Assembly: GCA_049510745.1 (NCBI GenBank)
Contig: JBEKYR010000040.1
Span: forward strand, 1 to 51,509
DNA: 51,509 nt
Source: Verrucomicrobiota bacterium
Lineage (GTDB): Bacteria; Verrucomicrobiota; Verrucomicrobiia; Limisphaerales; Palsa-1400
Direction of reading: 5' to 3'
Below, one piece after another: positions 9,191-18,432 of the stretch. A program made the translations under genes and the position numbers. The notes beneath the pieces were generated by a model. The model saw nothing but the letters and a program-made list of their open reading frames with translations. It made no database searches and was not told where the DNA came from. How positions within the stretch are numbered: position 1 is the stretch's first letter; every line of letters begins with the position of its first letter.

Positions 9191-9664
9191 TCAGTTGTCC
9201 TTCTTCCGGGTGCAGGCGCCCAGGCGCTTGAGTTGGTCGCAACTGCCGGTGATCTGCAGCCGGTGCGCCTTGACCGAAAAGCCCAGCTTGTGGCACATCT
9301 CGCCTTCCAACTTCTTGAGCTGTGCGCTGTCGAATTCCACAATCATGTTGCACTCCTGGCAGATGATGTGGCTGTGGTTGGGATGGTCGGCGTAGTTGGG
9401 GTCGTAAAATTTGTGGTCCCGCCCGAAATCCATCTCCCGCACCAAGCCGCTGGCGGTCAGCAGGGGCAGCGTCCGGTACACGGTCGCCCGCGAGACCGAT
9501 CTGTCCCGCTGCCGCGCCCAGCGCAGCAATTGCTCGGCGGAAAAGTGTTCCTCGGTGCCAAAGACCGCGTCCATAATCGCCCGCCGCTGCGCCGTCACGC
9601 GCAATCTCCGGCGCTGAAGAAAACCGGCGAATTTCTTCTTGGCAGCGGATCGGTCCAGGGACAT
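9191..9664 (-). CDS. Fur-family transcriptional regulator
   Basis: RVTAQR, HFSAE, SRATVYRTL, HSHIICQEC, C-terminal CxxxxxxxxC. Confidence 0.92.
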   Translation of the reverse strand: MSLDRSAAKKKFAGFLQRRRLRVTAQRRAIMDAVFGTEEHFSAEQLLRWARQRDRSVSRATVYRTLPLLTASGLVREMDFGRDHKFYDPNYADHPNHSHIICQECNMIVEFDSAQLKKLEGEMCHKLGFSVKAHRLQITGSCDQLKRLGACTRKKDN

Positions 9665-9708
9665 GGACGCAGTTTAAGGTTTGAGGATTGAGGTTTAAAG
9701 CGGGAAAT

Positions 9709-11250
9709 TCATTCCCACTCGATGGTCGCGGGCGGTTTGCTGGAGATGTCGAAGCAGACGCGGTTGACGCCTTTGACTTCGTTGATGATGCGGTTGGAGA
9801 GTTTCTCCAGCAGTTCATAGGGGAGCTTGACCCAGTCGGCCGTCATCCCGTCCTGCGATTCGACGGCGCGGATGGCGATGGTGAAATCGTAAGTGCGCTC
9901 GTCCCCCATCACGCCGACGCTGCGGACGGGAAGCAAGACGGCGAAGCTTTGCCAGATGCGGTAATACCAGCCGCTGGCTTTCATTTCATCGACGACGATG
10001 GTGTCGGCGGCGCGCAGCATCTGGCAGCGTTTGGGGGTGACTTCGCCCAGGATGCGCACGGCCAGACCGGGGCCGGGGAAGGGCTGGCGCATGACAATTT
10101 CATGGGGCAGGCCCAATTCCAGTCCCAACTGCCGCACTTCGTCTTTGAAGAGGCACTTCAACGGCTCGATCAATTTGAATTTCATCCTCCGGGGCAGCCC
10201 GCCGACGTTGTGATGGCTCTTGATCAAGGCGGCGGGGTTGCCGCCGATGGGCACCGACTCGATCACGTCGGGATAGAGCGTGCCCTGCGCCAGGAAGCGG
10301 GCCGCGCCGGCGCGCTTGGTCGCGGCCTCAAAGACTTCGATGAAGGTCTTGCCGATGATTTTCCGTTTGCGTTCGGGGTCGGTCACGCCCTTGAGGCGCC
10401 GCAGGAAAAGTTGCGAGGCGTCCTCGTACTGGAGTTTGAGTTTGAAGTGGCGCCCGAAGACCTCCCGCACGACTTGCGGCTCGCCGCCCCGCAGCAAACC
10501 ATTGTTGACAAAGATGCAGGTCAACCGGTCGCCAATGGCTTTGTGGAGCAGCGCCGCCGCCACGCTCGAATCCACCCCGCCGCTCAACCCCAGCAGCACC
10601 CGTTCCCGGCCGACTTCCCGGCGGATTCCCTCGACGGCTTGGTCGATGTAATGGCGCATGGTCCAGTCCTTGCCGCAGGCGCAGACGCCATGCACGAAAT
10701 TGGAAATGATTTCCCGTCCCTTCGGGGTGTGGGCGACCTCCGGATGGAACTGCAATCCGAAAAACTTCCGCTCCCGGTCCTCGATGGTGGCGAACTCGGT
10801 ATTGTCGGAGGTGGCGACGGCCTTGAAGCCCCTCGGCGGCGCGGTCAGCTTGTCGCCGTGCGAATTCCAGACCTGCAACGAGTCCGGCAGGTTGGCGAAC
10901 AGGGCGGAAAACGGGTCGGTGACCAGCAGCGTGCCCTTGCCGTACTCCCGTTTTTGTCCCCGCCCCACTTTGCCGCCGAGGAGATGGGCCATGAGCTGGG
11001 CGCCGTAACAGATGCCCAGGATGGGGATGCCCAAGTCAAAAATGGCGCGGTCGGGAATCGGCGCCTTGGGGGCATAGACGCTGGCGGGGCCGCCGGAAAG
11101 GATGAGGCCCCTGGGTTTGGCGGCCGCGATTTCCGCCGCCGGCAGATCAAAGCGCACAATGGTGGAATAGACCCGGCATTCCCGCACCCGCCGGGCGATG
11201 ACCTGGGTGTATTGCGCTCCAAAATCCAGTATGAGAATTTGCTCCGTCAT
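9709..11250 (-). CDS. guaA: GMP synthase (glutamine-hydrolysing)
   Basis: [41 protein letters not shown]. Confidence 0.98.
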   Translation of the reverse strand: MTEQILILDFGAQYTQVIARRVRECRVYSTIVRFDLPAAEIAAAKPRGLILSGGPASVYAPKAPIPDRAIFDLGIPILGICYGAQLMAHLLGGKVGRGQKREYGKGTLLVTDPFSALFANLPDSLQVWNSHGDKLTAPPRGFKAVATSDNTEFATIEDRERKFFGLQFHPEVAHTPKGREIISNFVHGVCACGKDWTMRHYIDQAVEGIRREVGRERVLLGLSGGVDSSVAAALLHKAIGDRLTCIFVNNGLLRGGEPQVVREVFGRHFKLKLQYEDASQLFLRRLKGVTDPERKRKIIGKTFIEVFEAATKRAGAARFLAQGTLYPDVIESVPIGGNPAALIKSHHNVGGLPRRMKFKLIEPLKCLFKDEVRQLGLELGLPHEIVMRQPFPGPGLAVRILGEVTPKRCQMLRAADTIVVDEMKASGWYYRIWQSFAVLLPVRSVGVMGDERTYDFTIAIRAVESQDGMTADWVKLPYELLEKLSNRIINEVKGVNRVCFDISSKPPATIEWE

Positions 11251-11349
11251 TGACACAATTGGTCATTCTTTTCGGGCGGAGGCAAGTCCAAAGTGAATCC
11301 CGAGTCCGAATGGGTGCAGTCCGCGCGCCAGCGCGATCCGTCATCGGCT

Positions 11350-11934
11350 CTAAGGCCACCACCCGCCGTCAACGGTCCCAGAAGCGTGACACATCACCCA
11401 AACATATCCGACAACGGCGGCGACGATGCTCGCGTCCCCCGTCACCGCCAGCGGCGTCAACGCCACCTGTGTGGCCGTTTCCCGCTGATCCTTAAAAACT
11501 GGCAGATCGCACGGCCCCAGGACCTCTCCCCGGCGATAAATCGTAAACGCGCAGAAATTGGGCGGGCAGACGGCGTACAATTCAGGCGGCGGCTCATCGG
11601 CCGCGGGACGCGGGTAAATCGGGATGACGGTTTGCGGCCCGGCCATGGCCGGATCGGCGAAGATCGGTTTTTGTCCTCTCGCCACTCGCTCAAGGTTAGG
11701 CTCCAGATAATAAGCGCGCCGATGGACGTCCCCGTTGCGTTCATTCGACGCATCATATTGCACCAGGATGCCCTGCCGCGTTTGGGAAAGGGCGAGTTTC
11801 GGGTCCGGCGACGGCACGACATAGTCCCGTTCACGCCAGAGCCGTCCGGTCAGGCTGGCATCGCGGACCGATTCGCATCCGCAGCAGCAGAAGCAACAGA
11901 CTGCCGCCAACAGTTTCACCACTCGCGTTTTCAC
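11350..11934 (-). CDS. Putative lipoprotein
   Basis: Lipobox-like LLAAVCCFCCCG-C; C-terminal TPLAVTGD motif; start uncertain (GTG at 11934, 11922 or 11919). Confidence 0.6.
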   Translation of the reverse strand: MKTRVVKLLAAVCCFCCCGCESVRDASLTGRLWRERDYVVPSPDPKLALSQTRQGILVQYDASNERNGDVHRRAYYLEPNLERVARGQKPIFADPAMAGPQTVIPIYPRPAADEPPPELYAVCPPNFCAFTIYRRGEVLGPCDLPVFKDQRETATQVALTPLAVTGDASIVAAVVGYVWVMCHASGTVDGGWWP

Positions 11935-12037
11935 GAAAAGCCGCAGGTTCGCAAGGCGGATGGCAGCTTCCCCCTTCTCCGCTGCGGCGTCAATCAAAAA
12001 AGTGGCGTCCGCCTGAAACCCCTTAAAACGGCATCTG

Positions 12038-15000
12038 TTACGGAGTGGTTGCGCGGTAGAAGCGGTGCGGGTAGGAGCCGGCGTTGGAGTCGATGTAGAG
12101 TAGGTTGCCGAAAGCGGAGGGGTTGGTGAAGATGGGAGTCCATTGCCTGAGATTGGTCGAGGCATCGATCACGACCGGGCCTTGGCCGACCAGGTTTGTC
12201 AAGGACAGGTACATCTGGCCGTTGCTGTAAAGGAGGCCGTGGGCATTGAAGGAAACAGGCGCGTCCACGATGCTCAAGGTGGCGACCAGACTGGTGGCCG
12301 AGCCGAAGGAATTGGAGGCGATGAGTTGGTATCCGCCCGCGCTCAAGGTCTGCGCGTTCAACAGCGTCAGCAGGTTGCTCTGTGAACCGATGATGGAGGA
12401 CGTGTCGCTGAGAGGCTGTCCATTGAGGAACCACTGGTAGGCCGAAGCGTTCTCAACCGTTGCCGCGAAGACGCCCGTTTGCCCCGCCGCCACCGTCTGG
12501 CCTTGCGGCTCGCTCAAGACCGTGGGAATGTTCTGGGGCAGATAATAGACCGTCTGGCCGCTGGCGATCATCTGTTGGGCCGCGTTATAGTCGGTCGAAT
12601 TGGTGTCGAAATTGTAATCATTATATGTGACATCCAGGTAGCCGGCCGAAAGGACCGGCAGGCGACCGGTAAGTTGGTTGCCATAGAGGATGACGGTCTG
12701 GAGGTTGGTCAGGCCGTCGAAAACGGTGTAGATGGCGCCGGTCAAATTATCGTTGTCAAGGTCGAGCCAGTTGAGTTGGTGGAGATTGGAAAAGGTTGAC
12801 GGAACGCCCCCGGAAAAGCTGTTGTTGGCGAGCGAGAGATTCTGCAAATGGGACAGGCTGCCCAGATTGGCGGGGATGCTCCCGCCCAGCGAGTTGTTGT
12901 TAAGATAGAGAGAACTCACGACCGGCAGCGCGCCCAGGCTGGCAGGAATCGAGCCGCTCAGGCTGTTGTGTTCGAGGTCCGCCCAACCCAGTTGGACCAG
13001 ATTGGAAAGGGCGTCAGGAATGGCGTCGCTCAAGGTGTTGTAAGCCAGGTTCAGGCTTTGGAGGTTCGTCAAGTTTCCCAAACTGGACGGAATGGCCCCG
13101 CTGAGGGCGTTCCCGTTCAGATAGAAAGCTTGCAGGCCCGTCATATTTCCGACGCCGGCGGGGATGAGACCGGTAAGCTGGTTATGGCTGAAATCCAGAT
13201 ACTGGAGTCGGGTCGCGTTGGTCAAGTTATCGGGGATTGGACCGGTGAGATCGTTCTGATCCAGTGTAATGGTCTCCAGGTTCGCCATATTCCCGACGGC
13301 TGCCGGAATGGTTCCGGAAATCAAGTTCACATCCAATTCCAGGCCCTGCAGGTTGGTCAGTTCACCCAGGGTGCTCGGAAGATTTCCAGTGAGGCCGTCC
13401 CCGGTCAAAAAAATGTTCTGCAATTTGGCCAGGTTGCCCAGTCCGTCCGGGATGCTCCCGCCCAGATTGGGGTTTTGCTGCAAGTAAATATCCTGCAAGA
13501 AAGTGAGGTTGGTCAACGCATCCGGGACTCCACCTGTCAGTTGGTTCCAACTGAGATCCAGGTAGTCCAGGTTCGTGCAGTTTTGCAGGCTGGGCGGGAT
13601 CGGTCCGCTCAGTGCATTGACGTAAAGTAAAAGACTTTGCAGGTTTGTCATCCCGTCGAACGCGTCCGGGATGCTGTTGCTAAGGCCATCGTTGTCAAAG
13701 TCCAGGGACTGTAACTGGGTGAGGTTGCTGATCCCGGCGGGAATGGTTCCGCCCAGGGTGTTTCCGGCCAAACTGAGAGTCAAGAGACTGGTCAGGTTGC
13801 CGATGCCGGCGGGCATCGGGCCGGTTAATTGATTTTGACTCAAGTAGAGGGTTTGCAACAGGGTCAGATTGGTCAGGCTGTCCGGGATGCCGCCGCCAAT
13901 GCTGTTCCAACTCAGGTCCAAGTACTGTAGTTGCGCGCAGTTGCCGAGGCTGTCGGGAATCGTGCCGCTGATGTTCGTGTTCACTTCCGCGTAAAGATTC
14001 TGGAGGCTGGCCAGGTTGCCGATCCCTTGCGGCAGGCCGCCGCTGAATCCGTTCCAACTCAGGTCCAATGTTTGCAGTGGCACGCAGTTCGTGATGCTGT
14101 CAGGTATCCCGCCCGTCAGCATGTTGACGGTGCAGGCGAAATACTGGAGTTGCGCCAGGTTGCCCAATCCGGCCGGCAGGCTGCCGGTGAGGGCGTTCTG
14201 ACTGAGATTGAGGTTCAGCAACGCGGTCAAGTTGGTCAAACTATCCGGGATGCCGCCACTCAACAGATTGTTGTTCAGATACAAAGACTGAACCAAGGCA
14301 AGGTTTCCGAGGTTGTCGGGGATGCCATTGCTCAAGAAGTTGTAGGATAGGTCCAGGTATGACAACTGGTCGAGGGCGCCCAATCCATCGGGAATGGCGC
14401 CGGTGAGGGAGTTGGCGTTCAGGGCCAGGTTTTGCAGCCCGGCCAGGTTTGACAAGCTGGCGGGAATGACGCCTGTCAACTGGTCGGCGCTGAGGTAAAG
14501 GACTTGCAGCCGGGGCAAATTGCCCAGGCTGGCGGGAATGGTTCCCCCCAGCGGATTAGCCGACAGGTTCAACTGCTGCAATGACGCCAGGCCGCCCAAA
14601 ACAGACGGGATGCCGTCGCTCAGGTTGTTGTTGTTCAAGTAGAGGGTCTGCAAACCAGCGAGGTTGCCGAGGCTGGCGGGAATGGTGCCGTTGAGGTTGT
14701 TAAAGGAGAGGCTGAGAACGAGGACGGGAGCGGTGCCCAGCAGATTCCAGTTGGCGTCATAATTCAACAACCCCACCGTCACCCCGTACCAATAGTCGTC
14801 CAGCGAATTCGTCCAGCCAGAGCGCAGGTTCCAGCTTCCGCCGGCGGTCGCGCTGTACAAATCCGTCAAGGCGCCATAATCAGCCGCGGGAATTTGCGCC
14901 GCCAGGCCGGGCTGGTGAACGGAGGAAGAGAACTTGACGATCGTTCCCGTGTTGCTGGTCCCGCCAGACACGGCCACTCCATAGAAATTGAGGTCCGTGC

Positions 15001-16084
15001 CTTCGACCAGCGCGCCGGGGTTGGCTCCGCTGCTGGCGGAATTGAACCGGAGCACAGTCGTCACCGCGCCCGCGGGAGTCAACTGGAAGGCCGTGCCGCT
15101 AAAGAATTCTCCAGAGAACAAAGTGGTTCCGTAATAATTCCCATCGCTTCCCCTGGCCAGGGGCGCGCCCGGGCTCGAGCCATCAAGGCCGCCGGTAAAG
15201 GAGTACAAATTCGTCAGCACGCCCGCCGGCGTCACGGCAAACGCCGTCCCATTCTGCGCTGCGCCGCCTTGCCCGGTCGTGCCGTAAAAACTCCCGTTGG
15301 CGTCCCGCACCAGGCCTCCGTTCGGAAACGCGCCATCGACGCCGTTGGTAAACGTGTACAACAACGTGAAGCTCCCGCCGGGGGTGATTTTGAAAATCGT
15401 TCCGCTGCCATTGGCGCCGCCGTATTGGCTGGTCCCGTACAAACTCCCGTCGCTGCCTTCCTCCAGGACCGTTGAGACATTCACGCCATCCGCGCCGTTG
15501 GTAAAAGAGTAAAGTTCGGTCCACGTTCCCGATGGGGTGACGCTGAAAATGCCGCCAACACCGTTGCTCCCGCCGTAATAGGTGGTGCCATAAAAATTGC
15601 CGCCGGACGCCAGGATGAGGCCGGCGTTTGCCACGCTGCCATCAGGGTTGCCGTTGAGCGCGTGAAGAACCGTCAGCGTCCCGCCCGGCGTGATGCTGAA
15701 GAAAGTGCCGCCTCCGTTGGCGCCGCCGAACTGGGTCAGGCCGTAGAAATTTCCATCCGCGCCTCGCGCCAGGCTGCCGAGCGGGATTTCTCCATCGGCC
15801 CCGTTGGTAAAGGCGTAAATTTCCGTCCAGTTACCCGCCGGCGTGATTCGATAGACGTCACCGCGGCCGCTGGCGCCGCCGTTGCGGGTGGTGCCGTAAA
15901 AATTGCCGTCTCTCCCTTCCGCCAGACCGCTGGCGCCGCTGGGATTGGCGCCGGGCGGGAAATTGGCAAGCACCTCCCAGGCCAGGTCGTTGGCGCGGGC
16001 CTGCAAGCCGGCGGCGAGAAAAAACGCGGCGGCGCAGGCGGCTTTAATCCACCGGGCGCGGATCGGATTCGTCGGACATTGCAT
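12038..16084 (-). CDS. Secreted protein: 7 TIGR03803-type propeller repeats, about 29 plant-type LRRs, Ig-like domain, verrucomicrobial C-terminal domain
   Basis: Signal peptide; 7 copies of L..G.DG.FYGTT; LxxLxLxxNxLxGxIP 24-mers; YQWFLNG...GGYQLIASN Ig domain; ASTNLRQWTPI...FYRA tail. Confidence 0.9.
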   Translation of the reverse strand: MQCPTNPIRARWIKAACAAAFFLAAGLQARANDLAWEVLANFPPGANPSGASGLAEGRDGNFYGTTRNGGASGRGDVYRITPAGNWTEIYAFTNGADGEIPLGSLARGADGNFYGLTQFGGANGGGTFFSITPGGTLTVLHALNGNPDGSVANAGLILASGGNFYGTTYYGGSNGVGGIFSVTPSGTWTELYSFTNGADGVNVSTVLEEGSDGSLYGTSQYGGANGSGTIFKITPGGSFTLLYTFTNGVDGAFPNGGLVRDANGSFYGTTGQGGAAQNGTAFAVTPAGVLTNLYSFTGGLDGSSPGAPLARGSDGNYYGTTLFSGEFFSGTAFQLTPAGAVTTVLRFNSASSGANPGALVEGTDLNFYGVAVSGGTSNTGTIVKFSSSVHQPGLAAQIPAADYGALTDLYSATAGGSWNLRSGWTNSLDDYWYGVTVGLLNYDANWNLLGTAPVLVLSLSFNNLNGTIPASLGNLAGLQTLYLNNNNLSDGIPSVLGGLASLQQLNLSANPLGGTIPASLGNLPRLQVLYLSADQLTGVIPASLSNLAGLQNLALNANSLTGAIPDGLGALDQLSYLDLSYNFLSNGIPDNLGNLALVQSLYLNNNLLSGGIPDSLTNLTALLNLNLSQNALTGSLPAGLGNLAQLQYFACTVNMLTGGIPDSITNCVPLQTLDLSWNGFSGGLPQGIGNLASLQNLYAEVNTNISGTIPDSLGNCAQLQYLDLSWNSIGGGIPDSLTNLTLLQTLYLSQNQLTGPMPAGIGNLTSLLTLSLAGNTLGGTIPAGISNLTQLQSLDFDNDGLSNSIPDAFDGMTNLQSLLLYVNALSGPIPPSLQNCTNLDYLDLSWNQLTGGVPDALTNLTFLQDIYLQQNPNLGGSIPDGLGNLAKLQNIFLTGDGLTGNLPSTLGELTNLQGLELDVNLISGTIPAAVGNMANLETITLDQNDLTGPIPDNLTNATRLQYLDFSHNQLTGLIPAGVGNMTGLQAFYLNGNALSGAIPSSLGNLTNLQSLNLAYNTLSDAIPDALSNLVQLGWADLEHNSLSGSIPASLGALPVVSSLYLNNNSLGGSIPANLGSLSHLQNLSLANNSFSGGVPSTFSNLHQLNWLDLDNDNLTGAIYTVFDGLTNLQTVILYGNQLTGRLPVLSAGYLDVTYNDYNFDTNSTDYNAAQQMIASGQTVYYLPQNIPTVLSEPQGQTVAAGQTGVFAATVENASAYQWFLNGQPLSDTSSIIGSQSNLLTLLNAQTLSAGGYQLIASNSFGSATSLVATLSIVDAPVSFNAHGLLYSNGQMYLSLTNLVGQGPVVIDASTNLRQWTPIFTNPSAFGNLLYIDSNAGSYPHRFYRATTP

Positions 16085-16294
16085 ATCGGGCCACTTTCAC
16101 TTTATTCAACGCGGCAAGGTTTGGGGCTGGCCGCTGGGTTGAGAGACGGTTCTTTGTTTTTGGCTGAGAATCCAACTAATTCTCAGGTTTAACGATTCTT
16201 CCTTCCCCTTTATTTGTCAAGCCCATGCCCAAAATAAAGTGCTTAAGTAAAACATTGCGGTGGCCCGAGCCTTGGCGATAATGGAACCCGGCTC

Positions 16295-16909
16295 ATGAAT
16301 GAGTGGAACATCCAGTCGCGCGCCCGCGCCTGCCAGGCTTGCGCCAAACCGTTTGCCGACAAGCAGCCCTTTCACACCCTGCTCTTCGAGGAGAAGCAGC
16401 AGTACCACCGCCTGGATATTTGCCCCGCCTGCTGGCAATCCCAGTACCGCGAAGGCGCCAGCGACCGCAAGGGCTTTGTCTCCCAATGGCAGGGCCTGTT
16501 CCAGGCCCCGCCCGCCGCGCCGGAGGACCCCATTCAAAAGGAATCCGCCGAATCGCTCCTGCGCAAGTTGATCGAGGCCAATGACCCCAAACACGGCCCC
16601 GTCTGCTACATCCTGGCCGTCATGCTCGAACGCAAACGGGTCTTGAAAGTGAAGGAGCAAATCCACCGCGACAACGGCCGCATCTTTATTTACGAACACC
16701 CCGGGACCGGCGACCTTTTCACCATCGCCGATCCCAATTTACAGCTCAATCAACTGGACGAAGTGCAGCGGGACACCGCCAACCTTTTGGCGCACGGATT
16801 GACCCCCCCGCCCGCCGTCCCAGCCGTCCCGGCCGAACCCGGCGCCGCGCCCGTGCCCGCGTCCGCCGCGCCGCCGCCGCCCGAGGAAAGTTTGAGCGCC
16901 CATCCGTAA
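16295..16909 (+). CDS. Conserved hypothetical protein with two CxxC motifs
   Basis: CQAC...CPAC, YILAVMLERKRVLK; ends 1 nt before rnc; TTGCGG-16-GATAAT promoter upstream. Confidence 0.8.
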   Translation: MNEWNIQSRARACQACAKPFADKQPFHTLLFEEKQQYHRLDICPACWQSQYREGASDRKGFVSQWQGLFQAPPAAPEDPIQKESAESLLRKLIEANDPKHGPVCYILAVMLERKRVLKVKEQIHRDNGRIFIYEHPGTGDLFTIADPNLQLNQLDEVQRDTANLLAHGLTPPPAVPAVPAEPGAAPVPASAAPPPPEESLSAHP

Positions 16910-16910
16910 C

Positions 16911-17606
16911 GTGATTCCTGTGTCGGACCTCAACGCACTCCAGACGGAAATTCAATACCGGTTTCGCGACGAGAGCCTCTTGCGCCTGGCCTTGACGCAT
17001 CCGTCTGTCGCCCACGAGCAAGGGCGGCCGGTGCAGCACAACCAGCGCCTGGAATTCCTGGGCGACGCCGTGCTCGGCCTGGCGTTGACCCGCGAGCTTT
17101 ACGAAAAATTCCCCAACGTCAGCGAAGGCCCCCTGACCAAGGCCCGCGCCCAAATGATCAACCGCCGCACCCTGGCCGAGCAGGCCCGCCAAATCCGCTT
17201 GCAGGACCATTTGATTTTGAGCCGGGGCGAGGAAGCCAACCTCGGCCGCAGCCGCGCTTCCGCCCTGGCCGACGGCTTCGAGGCGCTGATCGGCGCGGTT
17301 TTTCTCGACGGCGGTTTTGACGAGGCGCGCGCTTTTGTGCTGCGCTCCTTCCGGCGCGCCTTCGGGGAACTGACCTCCATTCCGACGCTGGAAAACCCGA
17401 AGGGCGAATTGCAGGAGATTCTTCAAATCCATTCGCCCGGCGCCCCGAAGTATCAACTGGTCAGCGTCAGCGGTCCCGACCACGACCGCGATTTCGAATG
17501 CGTCGTCACCCACGACGGCGTCGAATTGGGCCGCGGCAAAGGCAAGAGCAAAAAGGCCGCCGAAAGCGAAGCCGCCATCGCCGCCTTGAAGAAACTGCGC
17601 GGCTAA
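16911..17606 (+). CDS. rnc: Ribonuclease III
   Basis: ALTHPS, NQRLEFLGDAVL, ADGFEALIGA, C-terminal dsRBD. Confidence 0.97.
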   Translation: MIPVSDLNALQTEIQYRFRDESLLRLALTHPSVAHEQGRPVQHNQRLEFLGDAVLGLALTRELYEKFPNVSEGPLTKARAQMINRRTLAEQARQIRLQDHLILSRGEEANLGRSRASALADGFEALIGAVFLDGGFDEARAFVLRSFRRAFGELTSIPTLENPKGELQEILQIHSPGAPKYQLVSVSGPDHDRDFECVVTHDGVELGRGKGKSKKAAESEAAIAALKKLRG

Positions 17607-17639
17607 ACCTGGAATTAGTTCAATTCAAGTGATATGCTT

Positions 17640-17657
17640 AACATCATATTTGATGTT
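17640..17657. promoter_or_regulatory. Palindromic operator upstream of the HigBA-like TA pair
   Basis: AACATCA-TATT-TGATGTT perfect inverted repeat, 8 nt before the toxin ATG. Confidence 0.7.
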
Positions 17658-17665
17658 GCGCATTT

Positions 17666-18019
17666 ATGGAATTCACCGTAGAGTTCTACGAGACCGCGAA
17701 CGGGCGTTCGCCGGTGCGGGAGTTTCTGTTGGAACTGAAGGCCAGTGATTCCAACGACTTCGCAGCGGTGGCGTCCGGGTTGGAGAAACTGCGCCATCGC
17801 CAGTGTCACCGCGAGCCGCTGACCAAGGCGCTCAACGACGGCCTCTTTGAGTTGCGCCATGTCGGCAAGTTGAATACCCGGGTGCTGTGGTTCTTTATGA
17901 AAGGCCGGCGCATTATCGCCGTCCACGGCATCCGCAACAAAGGCCAGGCCATCCCGCCTGGCGACCTGGACACCGCGCGTGAGCGAATGCGCGACTGGAA
18001 GGAAAGAAATGAGCTATGA
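17666..18019 (+). CDS. RelE/HigB (Gp49-like) toxin
   Basis: VEFYETANGRSPVREFL, GLFELR, RVLWFF, HGIRNKGQAIP. Confidence 0.9.
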   Translation: MEFTVEFYETANGRSPVREFLLELKASDSNDFAAVASGLEKLRHRQCHREPLTKALNDGLFELRHVGKLNTRVLWFFMKGRRIIAVHGIRNKGQAIPPGDLDTARERMRDWKERNEL

Positions 18020-18366
18020 GCAAGACGAACTTTGACCTTTTCCTGGAAGATCAACTTCGCGACCCCGATTTTGCGGAGCGCTTCAAACGCGCGGGTGATG
18101 CCTGGGATGTAGCGTTGCAGATTGCGGCGGCTCGTGAAAAGGCCGGCCTTTCGCAAAAGGACCTCGCGCGCAAGCTCCACACCTCCCAGCAGAACATCAG
18201 CCGCCTCGAATCCCCGTCCTACGAGGGCCATTCCTTGAGCATGTTGCGCCGCGTCGCTCAAGTCCTCGGCGTGACGGTTCGGGTCACCCTCGCGCCCAAG
18301 GGCCAATCCGATCCCATGATCCTGTCGGAGGCCAAAGTCGCCTACAAAACCCGCCGCAAATCATGA
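18016..18366 (+). CDS. XRE-family HTH antitoxin (HigA-like)
   Basis: AREKAGLSQKDLARKLHTSQQNISRLE; ATGA overlap with the toxin. Confidence 0.9.
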   Translation: MSKTNFDLFLEDQLRDPDFAERFKRAGDAWDVALQIAAAREKAGLSQKDLARKLHTSQQNISRLESPSYEGHSLSMLRRVAQVLGVTVRVTLAPKGQSDPMILSEAKVAYKTRRKS

Positions 18367-18393
18367 ACTCTGCCCGCAAATTCCAGAAGGACG

Positions 18394-18415
18394 CAGCGCG
18401 GAAGCCGCAACCCAA
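18394..18415 (-). repeat. Dispersed 22-bp repeat, copy 2
   Basis: CAGCGCGGAAGCCGCAACCCAA, reverse complement of 3681-3702 with 1 mismatch. Confidence 0.75.
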
Positions 18416-18432
18416 CAAAAGACGTGGAAGAC

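Noticed and set aside
12651..14722. Possible eukaryotic contamination or chimeric assembly of a plant LRR gene
   Set aside because: The ORF is continuous and intronless, with host-like GC and bacterial N- and C-terminal domains in frame.
17609..18386. 8-bp inverted match CTGGAATT/AATTCCAG flanking the HigBA-like cassette as possible terminal inverted repeats
   Set aside because: Too short to distinguish from chance; no target-site duplication seen.
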